In this document: one piece after another, positions 11,306-23,605 of the stretch
How positions within the stretch are numbered: the stretch's first letter is position 1
Layout: every line of letters begins with the position of its first letter
Assembly (NCBI RefSeq): GCF_018350175.1
Contig: NC_058368.1
Span: 138,758,001-138,822,000 of the forward strand
DNA length: 64,000 nucleotides
Origin: Felis catus
Taxonomy: Eukaryota
Reading direction: 5' to 3'
Made by a program: the position numbers and the translations under genes
Notes under the pieces: generated by a model
Seen by the model: the letters and a program-made list of their open reading frames with translations, nothing else
Told to the model about the DNA's origin: nothing
Database searches by the model: none

Positions 11306-13750
11306 GGAGAACGTTTCTAAAATTTGTACCTCTAGGACCCCTGGAGAACACCAGTCAATATTTAAAAACACTATATCCTTTACCACTTCTTTGTTTTACC
11401 CATGATTCCCTTAGCCAGCATACCTTCTCTGGAATCAGATCCTAATGTCCTCTTTTTCATCCTTCAAGGCTCAACTTTAATGTTGACGTTGCTAGAAAGC
11501 CTTCTTTGAACTTCGTTTCACTTCTATTTCTTAAAATAAAAAGATTCTAAATGCAAGGTTCCAGTTCTATTACATTTCCCTTGATCTTTCAGAAACCTTA
11601 AGCTGCTCCACTATATTTGGTCATTAAAAGATCTCAATGTCCACTATGTGCTCCTTGAATGTTTTAAAAATAAGATTCTGTATGCTACCTGAGTATTACC
11701 TGGGAAGCCTAGAGGGGAGAATTATGGCCATGCCTGAATTCTTCCAAGGTTTGTGTTATTATAGCATTTTGGTCTTTAGCCAAAGCCAGAGGAATGAGAG
11801 ATGAAGTTGTCATTTCTCTATGTTCCGTTGGGTCCCTCGGGATATGTGAGGTAGTCAGAAGGGTAACCACCATCTGGATCCTTGGTCAACTGGCAGTAAA
11901 TTTTGGGTGAAACATGTCAACATTGCATTGCAGAAGACCTCAATTTTTTCACTCTAGAATTATACACTGGTTCTTTAGGCCATCAGCGAATCTTTACAAA
12001 TGGGACCAAAACAACTTTCTTCAAAGAGACACCATGGGGACTAAAGAGAGAGATAATATTCATATTATACAGTTTTGCAAACTCTCCGGATGTCATAATA
12101 ATAAGTTATAGATGTTGTTTAATCCTAAATTAAGAAGCTAAGTATAATGTGGACTCTACAAATGGCAATTTTCTATAATTTGAGGAAAATATTTGGTAGC
12201 TCAATGCCCTCTAGAAATGTCTGGAAATGGCTCTGCTCTGTTAAATTAAACATCCCTGACAGCTTTCTCCAGGACAAGATTATTCAAAGAAGAACAGTAA
12301 ATTAAAAAAAAAAAAAAAAAAAGTAGAATTGATTAAGAAACTAATTTGAACCTTGCCCTGGACATGTAGATGCTACTTTATAGCAAGGATAGTGACAGAA
12401 AATCAAGGGACCTATGTTCATATTTGTATTAATTCCATTGAACCATTTCCTGGCTTTTCATAATCTGTGTTATTGCCTTGTTCTCTTTTATTTTGAAAAG
12501 AAACTTTATCAGTTTTCCTGTGGCATGCCATTTTATCTCTTCTGTTTGCAACAAGATATCAGTCTGATATTGGCGGAGCAACTTACTACAATGATTCTTT
12601 GTTCCAGGGGGGGGGAAATGCATGAATAGTACATTATTAAAATAGAGAAGGAAGTATATTTCATTTCATTTGCTATTTGCCTAGTGAATATTGTCATGGT
12701 ACCAGGTGCTTACAAAAGACAAAGCAAAGCAATAATACAGTGTATTTGGATCTTGTATCTGCTGTGAAGATCTCAGAGCATTAACCAAACACTGACTCAT
12801 AAGTCAACTCACTTCAGGTAGAATGCAAATGTTGCTTTAAATTAGTCAACTTTATGGAATCTCTATGCTACCAAGCACTGTATAAACTACCTCACTGGGT
12901 CTCTGAGAAAAGCTGAAACCAAAAGAGGGGTGGGTTTAAGAAAGATACTGAGTTTCAAAAGAAAGAAAAAAAGTAACAAATAGCTTTCAGTTCTCTAGTT
13001 TCTCTTCTAACGCAGCGGATTTCATAGACAACTGACCGATAACTCCGGATTCTAAATCAAATGCATACTTCACAGCCGTCAGAGTAAATGTTTTACTTAT
13101 CTTAAACTTGGCTCTTATCTGTGTCTAATACATTCATGACATCTGAAGCTGTTTTTTCTGCATAGGAGAAATTTCTTCCCAATTCTGTTTAGATAGTTAT
13201 AGCCTAGATTGTATTTTTATATTCACAAAATTGAAACGTGCTCTACCCTAAATCATAAGCATATATAATTTGCCACACATCATCTTGATGTGAGAATCGA
13301 AATCACTAAGAGCTCATCAACTCCCATCTCCCTGAATCCTGAATTTGTGGGAAGATAAGCCGACATCGGTGGAAGATGATGCTTGTGAGGTTTGTCAGGT
13401 GATGCTCACGGGGGAGGGGGGCATGCTTGTGATAAAGCAGAGACTAAAGGCAAGGGGCAGCAGGCACTTAGGGAGTCCCTGACCTTTGGAGACACACTGT
13501 TGCCTCCGTAGACCTTCCTGGAAAGGACCCTCACCCCTGATTTCTCTTGGGGAGAGTTGGGTGAGCCCAACACTCAGAAACAAAATGGAGGGACGGAAAG
13601 CCCACAGACCGCTCTCCCAGTTACTATTTACTAGTTATTTCAGAACTAGGAACCGGAGACCACGGCTGTACAGGAGGATCTCAGCGTTAGCCTGAGACCC
13701 GCTGCCATCCACTGCCTGGGGTCAGAGTTCTCTGGACCCGGGCTGGTGGC

Positions 13751-13796
13751 TGGCGCCTGGTGGAGGCCTGGCGCCTGGTGGAGGCCTAGCGCCTGG
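13751..13796. repeat. 18 bp tandem repeat, about 2.5 copies
   Basis: tggcgcctggtggaggcc twice (13751-13786) followed by tagcgcctgg. Confidence 0.9.
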
Positions 13797-14685
13797 GGAC
13801 TCAGCAGCTTCCTGGGAACAGTGCTGGAGGGCAGGCAGTCTGGGTACGCTGCAACCCGGTGCGCTACCAGGCAAAATTCCACCCTTGGGCGGGACCGGGG
13901 AGCTCTGGGAAGCAGCTCATTCTGCGAGGAAGGAGCCAAGAATAGGGCTGAAGAAAGCAGAGTCTCCGTGTTCACAGCGGATGTGGGAGGAGTCCGCTTG
14001 CGGCAGTGTGCCCACCCCCACGGGCCACGATGGCTCCTAGGGAAAGAGAATGATCTGCCCACACTCTCTAAAAACAGCTTTTCAATAAATGCCATTGGCT
14101 CAAGCAGAGCCCATGCCTCCCCTTTACCACCGTGTAACACAAGGAAGGGAGCCTTGTCTCCGGGGGTACCAGAGATCGTTGCACCTTCAAAAGGTGCTCA
14201 AAGCAATGCTCGAAGCATTGCTGTGCCTGCCAGGGTCTCCAGGGGAGACTCCGGGGCCCCGGAGAACAGGGCAGAAGAGCTCCAGTCCCGGGAGTTAACC
14301 TCTCCCTGGGGACGCCCCAGAATTATTGGAGAGAGAAAACGGAACCCTATTGGAGCTCTCATGAGAGCTGTTGGAGAAAACAGTATTTTAGATTAGGATT
14401 CAAATAATATTTCTGAACGCTTAGAATTTCTCCACGTTGGCAGTTTTCATGATGATCTGTTTTAAAACCAGTAGGTGACAAGGGCTTGCACATTTGGGGG
14501 GAATATGAGGAACGGATAAGACCAACTTCACAAGCCACGTTAGGAGGAACAGAACAAAGGAATGCCGTGGATTGGTGGGAAAAGGGTGAACAGGCTAAGA
14601 TTTTAGGTTCTGCGTTAAGAAAGAGTAAAGTTTGCAGACCCTGAAGATCCCTAACAGGACTTGCTAAGAATAGTAACAAACATTT

Positions 14686-14903
14686 AAAAAATTTTTTTTT
14701 CAACGTTTATTTATTTTTGGGACAGAGAGAGACAGAGCATGAACGGGGGAGGGGCAGAGAGAGAGGGAGACACAGAATCGGAAGCAGGCTCCAGGCTCTG
14801 AGCCATCAGCCCAGAGCCCGCCGCGGGGCTCGAACTCACGGACCACGAGATCGTGACCTGGCTGAAGTCGGACGCTTAACCAACTGCGCCACCCAGGCGC
14901 CCC
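14686..14903 (-). mobile_element. Young felid CanSINE
   Basis: Near-consensus; TSD agtaacaaacattt at 14672-14685 and 14904-14917. Confidence 0.97.
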
Positions 14904-14937
14904 AGTAACAAACATTTTAAACACTGGGTTGAGAGAT

Positions 14938-15149
14938 GGGGTGCCAGAGTGGCTCAGTCAGTTAGGCCTTCGACTTTGGCTCAGGTCCTGATCTCACAGT
15001 TTGTGGGTTCGAGCCCCGCATCGGGCTCTGTGCCGACAGCTCGGAGCCTGGAGTCTGTGTCAGATTCTGTGTGTGTGTCTCTCTCTTCCCCTTCATTCGC
15101 ACTCTTTCTCTCAAAAATAAACATTTAAAAAGTGTTTTCAATTAAAAAA
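14938..15149 (+). mobile_element. CanSINE (older feliform)
   Basis: ggggtgccagagtggctcagtcagttagg...ctcaaaaataaacatttaaaa. Confidence 0.92.
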
Positions 15150-18121
15150 GCACATAGCTAGCTTCCTCTTGCCTGGTCTGGTATTCCAAGAACAACAATG
15201 CTCATGATGAGGATGCTGTCTATGCTCCATACAAATGCACCTTATTCTTCTTGCCTACATCGTTATAGCTCCAGATCTTCCGGCTGAGTTCTTGGCAGGT
15301 CTATGCAGTGGTCTGGACTGGCTGCTGTTCTCCACTGGAGAATGGGGTCCCCTGCAGAGTGCAAACCACAGTAAGACTACCCTCATGAAATGCGTTAACT
15401 TCAATGGTAGAGAAACAAATCAGCCATTTTACAATTATCTGCCAAATAAGATTTTTCTTTGCATTCTGTTTACTTCCGCTTTGTAGTTCATGTCCATCTG
15501 TTTGGGCCCCATTTATCTGTTTCTGATAGTCCCCCTTTTCCTTCGAGTGCCCAGGACCCACAGCAAGTGCTCCCCCCCCCCCCCGCAAAAGAAAGGAAGA
15601 AGCAATGAGAAACTTCCACCTGCCTTTTGACTCCTTTGCCTGAATCTTCTCCCTCCCCCTTTCTTCAGGCCTCTTGACTTCCAGGGAAGAGTTTGTTTTC
15701 AAAGCACTTCCACCTGCCTTATCTGTATCCAAAGACTTAGTTAGCCTTCAGCCCCGTGAGTTTGAGGTTAAAAATGAATGTGCTCATGTGGCAAAGTTTC
15801 CCTTTTGATTGTGTCTGTTTTTCCTAAACAGCTAATAAGATCTATTCAGAAATGCACAAAGCTATGATGGGTAACATTACATCTTTTTGAACTTTTTCGT
15901 GATCTGAGTTCTTCCACAGTTGTGTGACCTATAACCGGTCTTCAGTTCTATTTCCCCAAAAGACTTTCCAGCTTTAATGCAGAAATTGGAGCAAGAAACA
16001 GGACATGAGCGATTCACTGTGAGTAAAAAGGAATCAGGTTAAGATCGAAGAATCCCCTGAGGATAGGATCTTCAAAGAACCGAGCTGTAGATTCCATCTA
16101 CCCAGTGGTCCACCTCTCTACCCGTTTTCCCGTCTCTCTATTTTTGCTGCACATCGAACAGGAGTTCCTGCTATTTGCCTGCAATAATGGACACAGTTTC
16201 ACATTCTTGGCCCTCCATAGTTGTATCAGATTCTTCTCCTGGGAGCTCGGGAGCAGCACAGCGCTCCCTGTCAGTTTGTATCGTGATTGTCACTCACGAG
16301 CCACTGTCTCTATAGACCTTAACATTCTTCAAGGCAGATTCTTGCTCTCGATTTCACACACCCCTGCACTCCAACCTCGGCCTCTCCCTTGGTAACCTTG
16401 AAAGACACGGTGATTAACTGTGGGTGCGTACCCCACTACTACTGGGGGGAGCCTAAGGAGAAGGGGAAGGATAAAGACCTAAAGAGGACAGGGGCAGTCT
16501 GATGCGTTTGTGTTTGTGTTTTGTTCAATATAAAGACGATCTCCAGAAAAATCTTACCCTCAACTCTAATCATCTAGTTTTCTATTTAAATTGCTAAGAA
16601 AGAAATAATCATGTAAGCAAGCTTTGAAAAACACCCTGGTTTAAAAACATAGGCTACCTGACAGTTGGGTATCTGTTTCTACAAGCCTCTTCTCTCTGTA
16701 CCTCTTTCTTACTTTTGTTGATGTCAAGGGTAAATCTAAACAGGAACGCTGCTCAAATTAATGAACTAGCCTGTCTGCCCTTTCATACAGTGTTTCAGTC
16801 TCCTGATCTCTCTCCTATAAAATACAATCTTCTAGAAAACCAAGGCAGCTAGGTTTTACTGGCAACCTCAGACATGCTCATCAAATTCAGTCCTGTTTCA
16901 TATGCGTTTCTTGTTCATCCGCGAGACATAACATACTTCATTATGAGAAGAGGTCGAATCTGGGTGTTAATTTGCAAACGGAGGTCAGGAAGTTTGAATA
17001 AATGATTTCTGTGAGTCTATGTACATACAATGTCTAAAATGTTAGCAAACCAGTGAATAAAACCTTGCAAAGAACAATCTGAAGCTAAACACCTTGCCTT
17101 GGAATAATGTTATCACAGTCCATCTTCTGTGAGCTTCTTGAGTAATCTAAAGGGTGAGGCTAGACCCTCATTATGAACTACTTACGTACATCATTTGAGA
17201 TGATGGGAAAGTAATTTCAAGAATTCGGAGACTCGTAATGAGGTTCCTTTGAAGTTGGGGAGGGGTGGCAGTGGGAACAGAATCTGCGATAATTACTGGT
17301 TGTCTCCAAGGAGGCCAAGTGTTGACGAAGCTTCTATCCTTAATAATTGAAGATGCTAGCCTCAGAGATGGAGGGACGTTGTCAGTAACCCCTGGATGTT
17401 TCAGAAGCCTGCATCCCAGTCTGACAATCTACGATCTAACCCCGGTTCCCTTCACTGCTCCTATCCCTGTATTAGGTTTGTCTTCTACCAGAGGTACTGG
17501 GAAAAACCGCTCAAAGCCTAAAGAATGGAAGAATGGAAACTTAGGAAACTTGACTCAGGCAACATCCCACACCGCAGTTATAAAACCTCTATTCCCTTGC
17601 CCAAGGTGCCCTTCTGGAGAACAAGGGTGACGAGGATACCTCTTCCAAACATGCTCAGGAAATGGCAAGTGTTGGCCCAGTGCTTTGAAGTTTACAAGCT
17701 CTGCGTCCAGGTTAGGTCCAATTAATGCATCCATAGGAAACCCTTTCCTAGGAGAAAGGTGCAACCCTGGGCGTGCTTTTTTCTTCCCATTCATTCAAAT
17801 CTCTGCAGTTAGACTCGTGAGAACTTGACCCCAGTTAATCATGCCGTGCTTGAAATATTCTCCCAGGAGCTACTACCAAGAGACCTCAAAGTCCATTTCC
17901 AGCATTCTACATCTGGCCTGGGTGACCCTCAGTCCAATCAGAGTGCATTTGGGCACAGCTATGGGGGTTAGAGGAATTTTAATGGAAAGTACAAAGAGAT
18001 GTGGTCATCTGTCATGCCGATTCCCCGAGTTTCTCTGGTCTAAAGGCATTTTATAGCTATGCCAGCAGATAATGGAGGATGAAAGGCGTGGCCATGGATT
18101 GCCTCAAAACAAGGTCTAAGG

Positions 18122-18251
18122 TATGACCTCATCTTCACTAACTGCATCTGCGACGACTCTGTGTCTACATAAGGTCGCCTTCTGAGCTCCTGGGGGTGAA
18201 GACTTCAATATACGAAATTGGGGAGGTGGGTGGACGATGCAACCCATACCA
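18122..18251 (-). mobile_element. MLT1 LTR fragment (MLT1B/C-like)
   Basis: atgacctcatcttcactaactgcatctgcgacgactct...ataaggtcgccttctgag...gacttcaatatacgaa. Confidence 0.75.
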
Positions 18252-19437
18252 ACATCTAAATCAACTCCCAAATCCTGGTGGGGGGTCGAGACGGATGAAA
18301 AATGCAACCTCCATGTCCTACAGATTTCTCCTATATCGTCTTGCCTGCTGTGTTTTAGGCCTCCTTCTGTCACCCTGCCCCTTGAACACAGCTCCCTGCA
18401 TCCCTTCACGTACTTTGCACTGGCCAGGCACCTGGTCGGCCACCGCCTGCTCTCCTCCCAACCCAGAGAGAGGGCAGGAGAAGCCACTGGTCATGTGGCT
18501 CTTGGTTGTTGATTTTTCGGGGGGCTCACACAGATTTTGGACCCTGCTAAGGAGTCAAGCCAGCAGAATATCCTTCCCGGCTGTCAACCTCCTATACCAC
18601 AGGAGTTCTTAAAATCACTTAAAATGAAATCATACAAAGAAAATTGTATTTACCTGGATGAATAGGGTTGAGCAGCACTCTGAGAGCATGTTCAAATCAC
18701 AACAGCTGTCTCTCTGACTGTCTTCACAGGAGAACAACAGATCCTGCTAGCTAAAGGATTTGGTTTTGTTGAGTAGGATTTTCAAGGTTGGGGGCAGCTT
18801 TTGCTGGTTCCAATCAATCAGAGCCAAGACTGAGTTCTGCCACCAATTTTCCTTCTCTGTCCTTCCTCTCAGTGAACACCACTGTCCTGCCCTCCACCTT
18901 AACAAAGGCTGAGTGTGAATCTTACCAGTGGGAAGGTAGTTGAAACTTACACGGCCGCAGCCACCCACAGGTACTACCCTGCCCAGGAACTTCCAAATTC
19001 ATTGAAATAACCCCAAAGAACGAGGATTCCATTGACATAGTTTTGAGAAACTGGATTTGGGGCACTGAAGATGGTTTTTAAATGTTGTTCCTAGAAACTG
19101 ACTATTTGGTTTTAAATGTTCTTAGAAACTATTTGGGTTCCATTCCATGCTGTAGAACACAAATCTGCAAATCGACAAACCTGTAACAAGTAAACCAGTT
19201 TCTAACAGTTACTATGATTAACTGGGATGTTCCTTCATCGTTCTGCATTCCAAAATTTTAAATCCATTGTTCTCAACATTTAGAGTTGTTGACTATGTTT
19301 CTTAGGAAGGATGGGCCTGTACCGTGCTCTTCGGGATTAAGTTGTCCTTTCAGATTTGAAACAAGGAGGAGATGTTTAATGTCTGTATTTGGCAAAAACA
19401 AAAACTAACAATCCTAAAGAGATCTGCCCCATCCCTT

Positions 19438-19440
<3 letters not shown>

Positions 19441-19478
<38 letters not shown>
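19441..19478. repeat. (AC)19 microsatellite
   Basis: Read directly. Confidence 0.98.
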
Positions 19479-19482
<4 letters not shown>

Positions 19483-20465
19483 TTTACTTCTTTATTTTTT
19501 TTTTAATGAGGCTGTGATAGCCAGAAATCCAGAAGCACTGGTCAAATTGACCAAAAAAATAAACCGATAAACCCTAAGAAATGGTTCGGATGATACCATC
19601 TGCCTACTGCCAAAGATGCTAACCAACATCTGATGAGGGAACAGAACAAGAGACCTGGTTTCTTCAAAAAATTCCTCCTGAATAGGCAGCCCCGCCTCGC
19701 TCCAAAGAACATTGTTTCTTAATCCCATCCACACCTGAATCTGCCTGTGATGCTAGTCGTTCCTGCCTGCTGCCATGGGTTTTATGCACACTACAATATT
19801 TATTTCTCTCTGTCTGTGACTGCTGGCTGGTGAGCAGCCTGTCTCAGACTGTCTAGAGAGCAGGAAGCAGATGGGAAATAAATACAGTTGCAGAGCTCTG
19901 GGGGCAAAGCATCAGACAGGACAAGAAAGCCAAGAAATAAACAAACAGGGAGGAGTCTGGTCTTTTCCGCCTTTCATCCCTGGCTCTGATAGATAAGACT
20001 TAAGCAGCAAGACACCAACTGGGCTCAGTTTCAAATGCTACTCCGCTTCTACTCCACAGTAGTTTTTCCCTTTGAAAAATCTCTCTGTGCCTTTTTAAAA
20101 AGGGATGATTGAAATAAGCTCTTAATAAATCGTTACGACTCCCTTCAGATGCTATGATCATTACATTTGAGAGGTACAGTAGGTAAGAATTTGAAAATAT
20201 CTTCAACACCTATATTGCACGTGTATATAGTGCACATAGGCCAAAGGTCGAAACGCATACTTAGACATATCTTAGGTCTAGTCAAACAGCATCATGCCCG
20301 GGTCTAGGAAAGATCTTTAAGCGATTGAAAACCATGACGGTACTGCCTTCATCATTCTCCCAGTGCCCACCATTCTTCTTTTTCCCTCTCCCCTTGCCAA
20401 GTTTAATGGCAGAAGATAAAACCAATCCTGTATAGCTGATAATACACTTAAGTCAAAACATCTCT

Positions 20466-20596
20466 GGGGTGCCTGGGTGGTTCCGTTGATTAAAGCGTCC
20501 GAATCTTGATGTCGGCGCAGGTCATGATCTCACGGTTTGAGAGGGAGCCCCAGCATCGGGCTCTGTGCTGTTAGCTGTTAATGGAGCTTGGGATTC

Positions 20597-20630
<34 letters not shown>
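20466..20630 (+). mobile_element. CanSINE (old), ending in a (CT)n tract with no A-tail
   Basis: ggggtgcctgggtgg...gtcatgatctcacggtt...cttgggattctctctctc. Confidence 0.85.
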
Positions 20631-20640
<10 letters not shown>

Positions 20641-20824
20641 ATTGTAATTACTTTACCCTCAAATCTCTCCCATGTGATTTTCTTCACTGAGAATTTCTTC
20701 CTTAAATTTTCCTACTGCTATGTAGCATATCTTCAATACTCCCCACCTCATCCCTGGACCCTGGACCAAGTGCCTCCATCCTGGGGTTTGTTCAAGTGGG
20801 ATCAGTACAAATGGTCGTTAACCC

Positions 20825-21035
20825 TTCAGGGCTGGGATGCCCAGGTTCAAATCCTGACTTCCCCACATACTAGGTTATGACCTTGTCAATGTTTTTTATT
20901 CTAGCCTCTGTTTCCTCATCTGCAAAATTAGGACCGTAGCACTACCTTCTTCATAGGATTATCATGAAGAGTATCTGGCAAATGTAAAGGTCTCGAAACA
21001 ATGCCTACCTCTTTCAGGATTAGCTAGTGTTATTA
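20825..21035 (+). mobile_element. MIR
   Basis: ggttcaaatcctgactt...tgaccttg...gcctctgtttcctcatctgcaaaat. Confidence 0.8.
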
Positions 21036-21681
21036 CTTTCATGGTATCCTTAGAAATTATTAATGTGAGCATATTTTCCTCGATATTAAAGAAACGAAAA
21101 TTTTAAAACAACCAGATCAGCATAAAATAATGAATAATTTAATCATTTATTTCTTAAGGTCAACATCTTTTTATAGAATTCTGTCTCCATGATCGTTTTA
21201 TGTCATGCAAGACTACGTTAGTCACATTTTTAAAAAGCATAGTATTTTAAAGAATCTTCATGTAGAAATACGTGTAGAAAGAAAGTCTCTCAAATTTTCA
21301 TTTTTTCTAATATAGGCAATGATCACCTAGTCTTAGTAATCTAAAACTTTAGTATACTTAGCATATCTTAATTCAATACAGGCCTTCGTTTCTACAGAAT
21401 CTGTTTCAATCTCTATTAATTTAACATGCTATTGACTAGGAAGTTTTCTGAAGGGAGTTAGCAAAGGGTAAATAATTGACTTCGTCTTAAAATGTTGACA
21501 TTTTACGTCTACAACACAGCACAGTGGCCACAGGGAAGGAAACCATGTCTGTTAGACAAGGTATTCTGGCTTTGGCAAGTCGTGTCCTATATTTTTAAGG
21601 CCTATTTTTACTCTAGGCAATGGAACAAGATGCATTTTGGTAGCAGAGTCTTACTTCAAACCAATGTACTTACATGTTAGT

Positions 21682-21772
21682 GGGGCGCCTGGGTGGCTCA
21701 GTCAGTTAAACATCCGACTTCGGCTCAGGTCATGATCTCATGGTTTGTGGGTTCGAGCTTCACGTCAGGCTC
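21682..21772 (+). mobile_element. CanSINE 5' (tRNA-like) half only
   Basis: Head through gttcgagcttcacgtcaggctc, then unrelated sequence. Confidence 0.9.
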
Positions 21773-21887
21773 GGCTTATCTGTGCCAGATAAGGCTGGCA
21801 AAAGGCAAGGATTAATTCTGATGTAAATTAAGCACATTATTATTTTCCATCAGACATAGACTTGTTAAAGTTAAAACAAATTTTCTT

Positions 21888-22105
21888 GGGGTGCCTGGGT
21901 GGCTCAGTCAGTTAAGTGCCCGATTTCAGCTCAGGTCATGATCTCAAGGTCCATGCGTTCGAGGCCCGCATCAGGCTCTGTGCTCACAGCTCGGAGCCTG
22001 GAGCCCGCTTCAGGTTCTATGTCTCCCTCCCTCCCTCTTTCTCTCTCTGCCCCTCCCCGGCTCACACCTCTGTCTCTTTCTGACAAAAGTAAATGAAAAA
22101 GCATT
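21888..22105 (+). mobile_element. CanSINE
   Basis: Full body; TSD-like aaaacaaattttc / aaaataaattttc. Confidence 0.93.
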
Positions 22106-22889
22106 AAAATAAATTTTCGCACGATTTATCTTGTAACCGTGAAAGAGGGTGAAGTTTGAGAAACAGTGCAGTGAGAGTTATCTGTCTGAAAGGCCAGGCT
22201 TTCACGGAATGTCCACTGCAACCATGGCTTGTAGCCAGGTCATAACTTCCTGGTGCGTCTCTTCTGCAAAGTTCAAATTAGGATATTTAATTATTTATCA
22301 AGGATGTCCTATGGACTAAGTGTCAAGGATTTCAGGAAGATGGTATTATGTGTTCACCTCACATCTATTTTTACATCTGCTCTATAAATGAGACCACCAC
22401 AGGTCTCCTTATGTACTGAGACCGCTTTGTAAATTGTATTGCCATTCTCCATTGTCCTCCAGATAACCATCGTGGTTTAATTATAGAGTCTTGAGTTTTC
22501 AACAGTAGCTGCTGAGTCAAACTTTAGGGTCTGTGTTGTGATCCGAGAGACGTAATCTGCCTAAAGCCTTGAGTTTGGCTAGTAATCACCAAGGCATCAT
22601 AAGCCTGTGAGTTGTAACAGAGACATTTTAATAGTGACTTTAAGGAAAGATCAGATGGGAAGCTGAGAAGAAAAGCCAGGCTGAGGGGAAAGTAGGAATG
22701 ATGACTATATCCTAAGCTCCAAATTAAATCCAGCAGTTGGACCAAAGGTGTTATAAGCCCTTTAGAAGAGACTTTTACAAATATAGACCTTGCAATTTCT
22801 TTGATTTCCGTCTCTCTGATTCTAAACATATTTGGAACACACTAGAAAAACGGTGCAAGCATCTCTGTCCTAAGAATAAAAAGAGGCAT

Positions 22890-22968
22890 GTTGCATACAA
22901 CCAAAACTAATGTAACAATGCATGTTAAGTACATTGGAATTCAAATTGAAAAATAATTTTTTAAAAAA
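22890..22968 (+). mobile_element. Carnivore L1 extreme 3' end
   Basis: aaaactaatgtaacaatgcatgttaagtacattggaattcaaat followed by an A-rich tail. Confidence 0.6.
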
Positions 22969-23039
22969 AGGCTTGCTTCATTTACCCAGTTTTTCACTGG
23001 GAAAAAGATAATAAAGACTAATACTGAGCAACAAAATGT

Positions 23040-23200
23040 CCAGGTCCATTCCCACCCTGGCCTTGACCCATTCAGAGTTGCCCAGCAGGTCCTTGAATCT
23101 ATGTCTCTATCACATTCCCCCTCTACCTGAAAACAATGAAATTAAAACAAACCCTCTCCGACTTCACAGGGGAAGTCATAAAGATTAGAGTTAGAACATT
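23040..23200 (+). mobile_element. MIR fragment
   Basis: Degenerate similarity (acttcacagggg...ataaagattagag). Confidence 0.4.
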
Positions 23201-23487
23201 GAACCTCAAAGATGAAAGGCTCAATAAAAATTCCAGCATTGTTGTTCAAGACATCAGTGTGAACTGACAGATACGTGCTGCTGAAGCAATTCCCACCTGT
23301 CAGCAGATCGAAACCAGGATGACCTTGATATGCACAGGGAAGGGCAGGAGTGCCTCCGACTGAAAAACACATTATCTCCAGGCCAATCCTTGTTATCACA
23401 CCGCTTAATCTTCCCTCCGGGGCGGCTCGCCACAAAGACTTAGTGCTACAATTTAATGCACACTTGCTACTCTCCCCAACCCCAGGA

Positions 23488-23605
23488 AGAAATAAACATT
23501 TATCTTGCGCCTACAATGCTCAGGAGTGCATTAAGCGCTGGAAATACCGAAATTAAATAATACATAGTTCTTACTGCTGCAGAGCTCAGACTTAAAATAG
23601 GAGAC
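23488..23605 (-). mobile_element. L2 3' end fragment
   Basis: aaacatttatcttgcgcctacaatg...taagcgctggaaatac...agagctcaga. Confidence 0.6.

Noticed and set aside
12830..12900. Possible let-7-like precursor on the minus strand (TGAGGTAGTTTATACAGTG)
   Set aside because: 3 nt shorter than real let-7 members and no complementary 3' arm for a hairpin.
13646..14396. Overlapping 216 aa (+) and 164 aa (-) ORFs
   Set aside because: Non-ATG starts, no recognisable domain; explained by high GC content and the 18 bp repeat.
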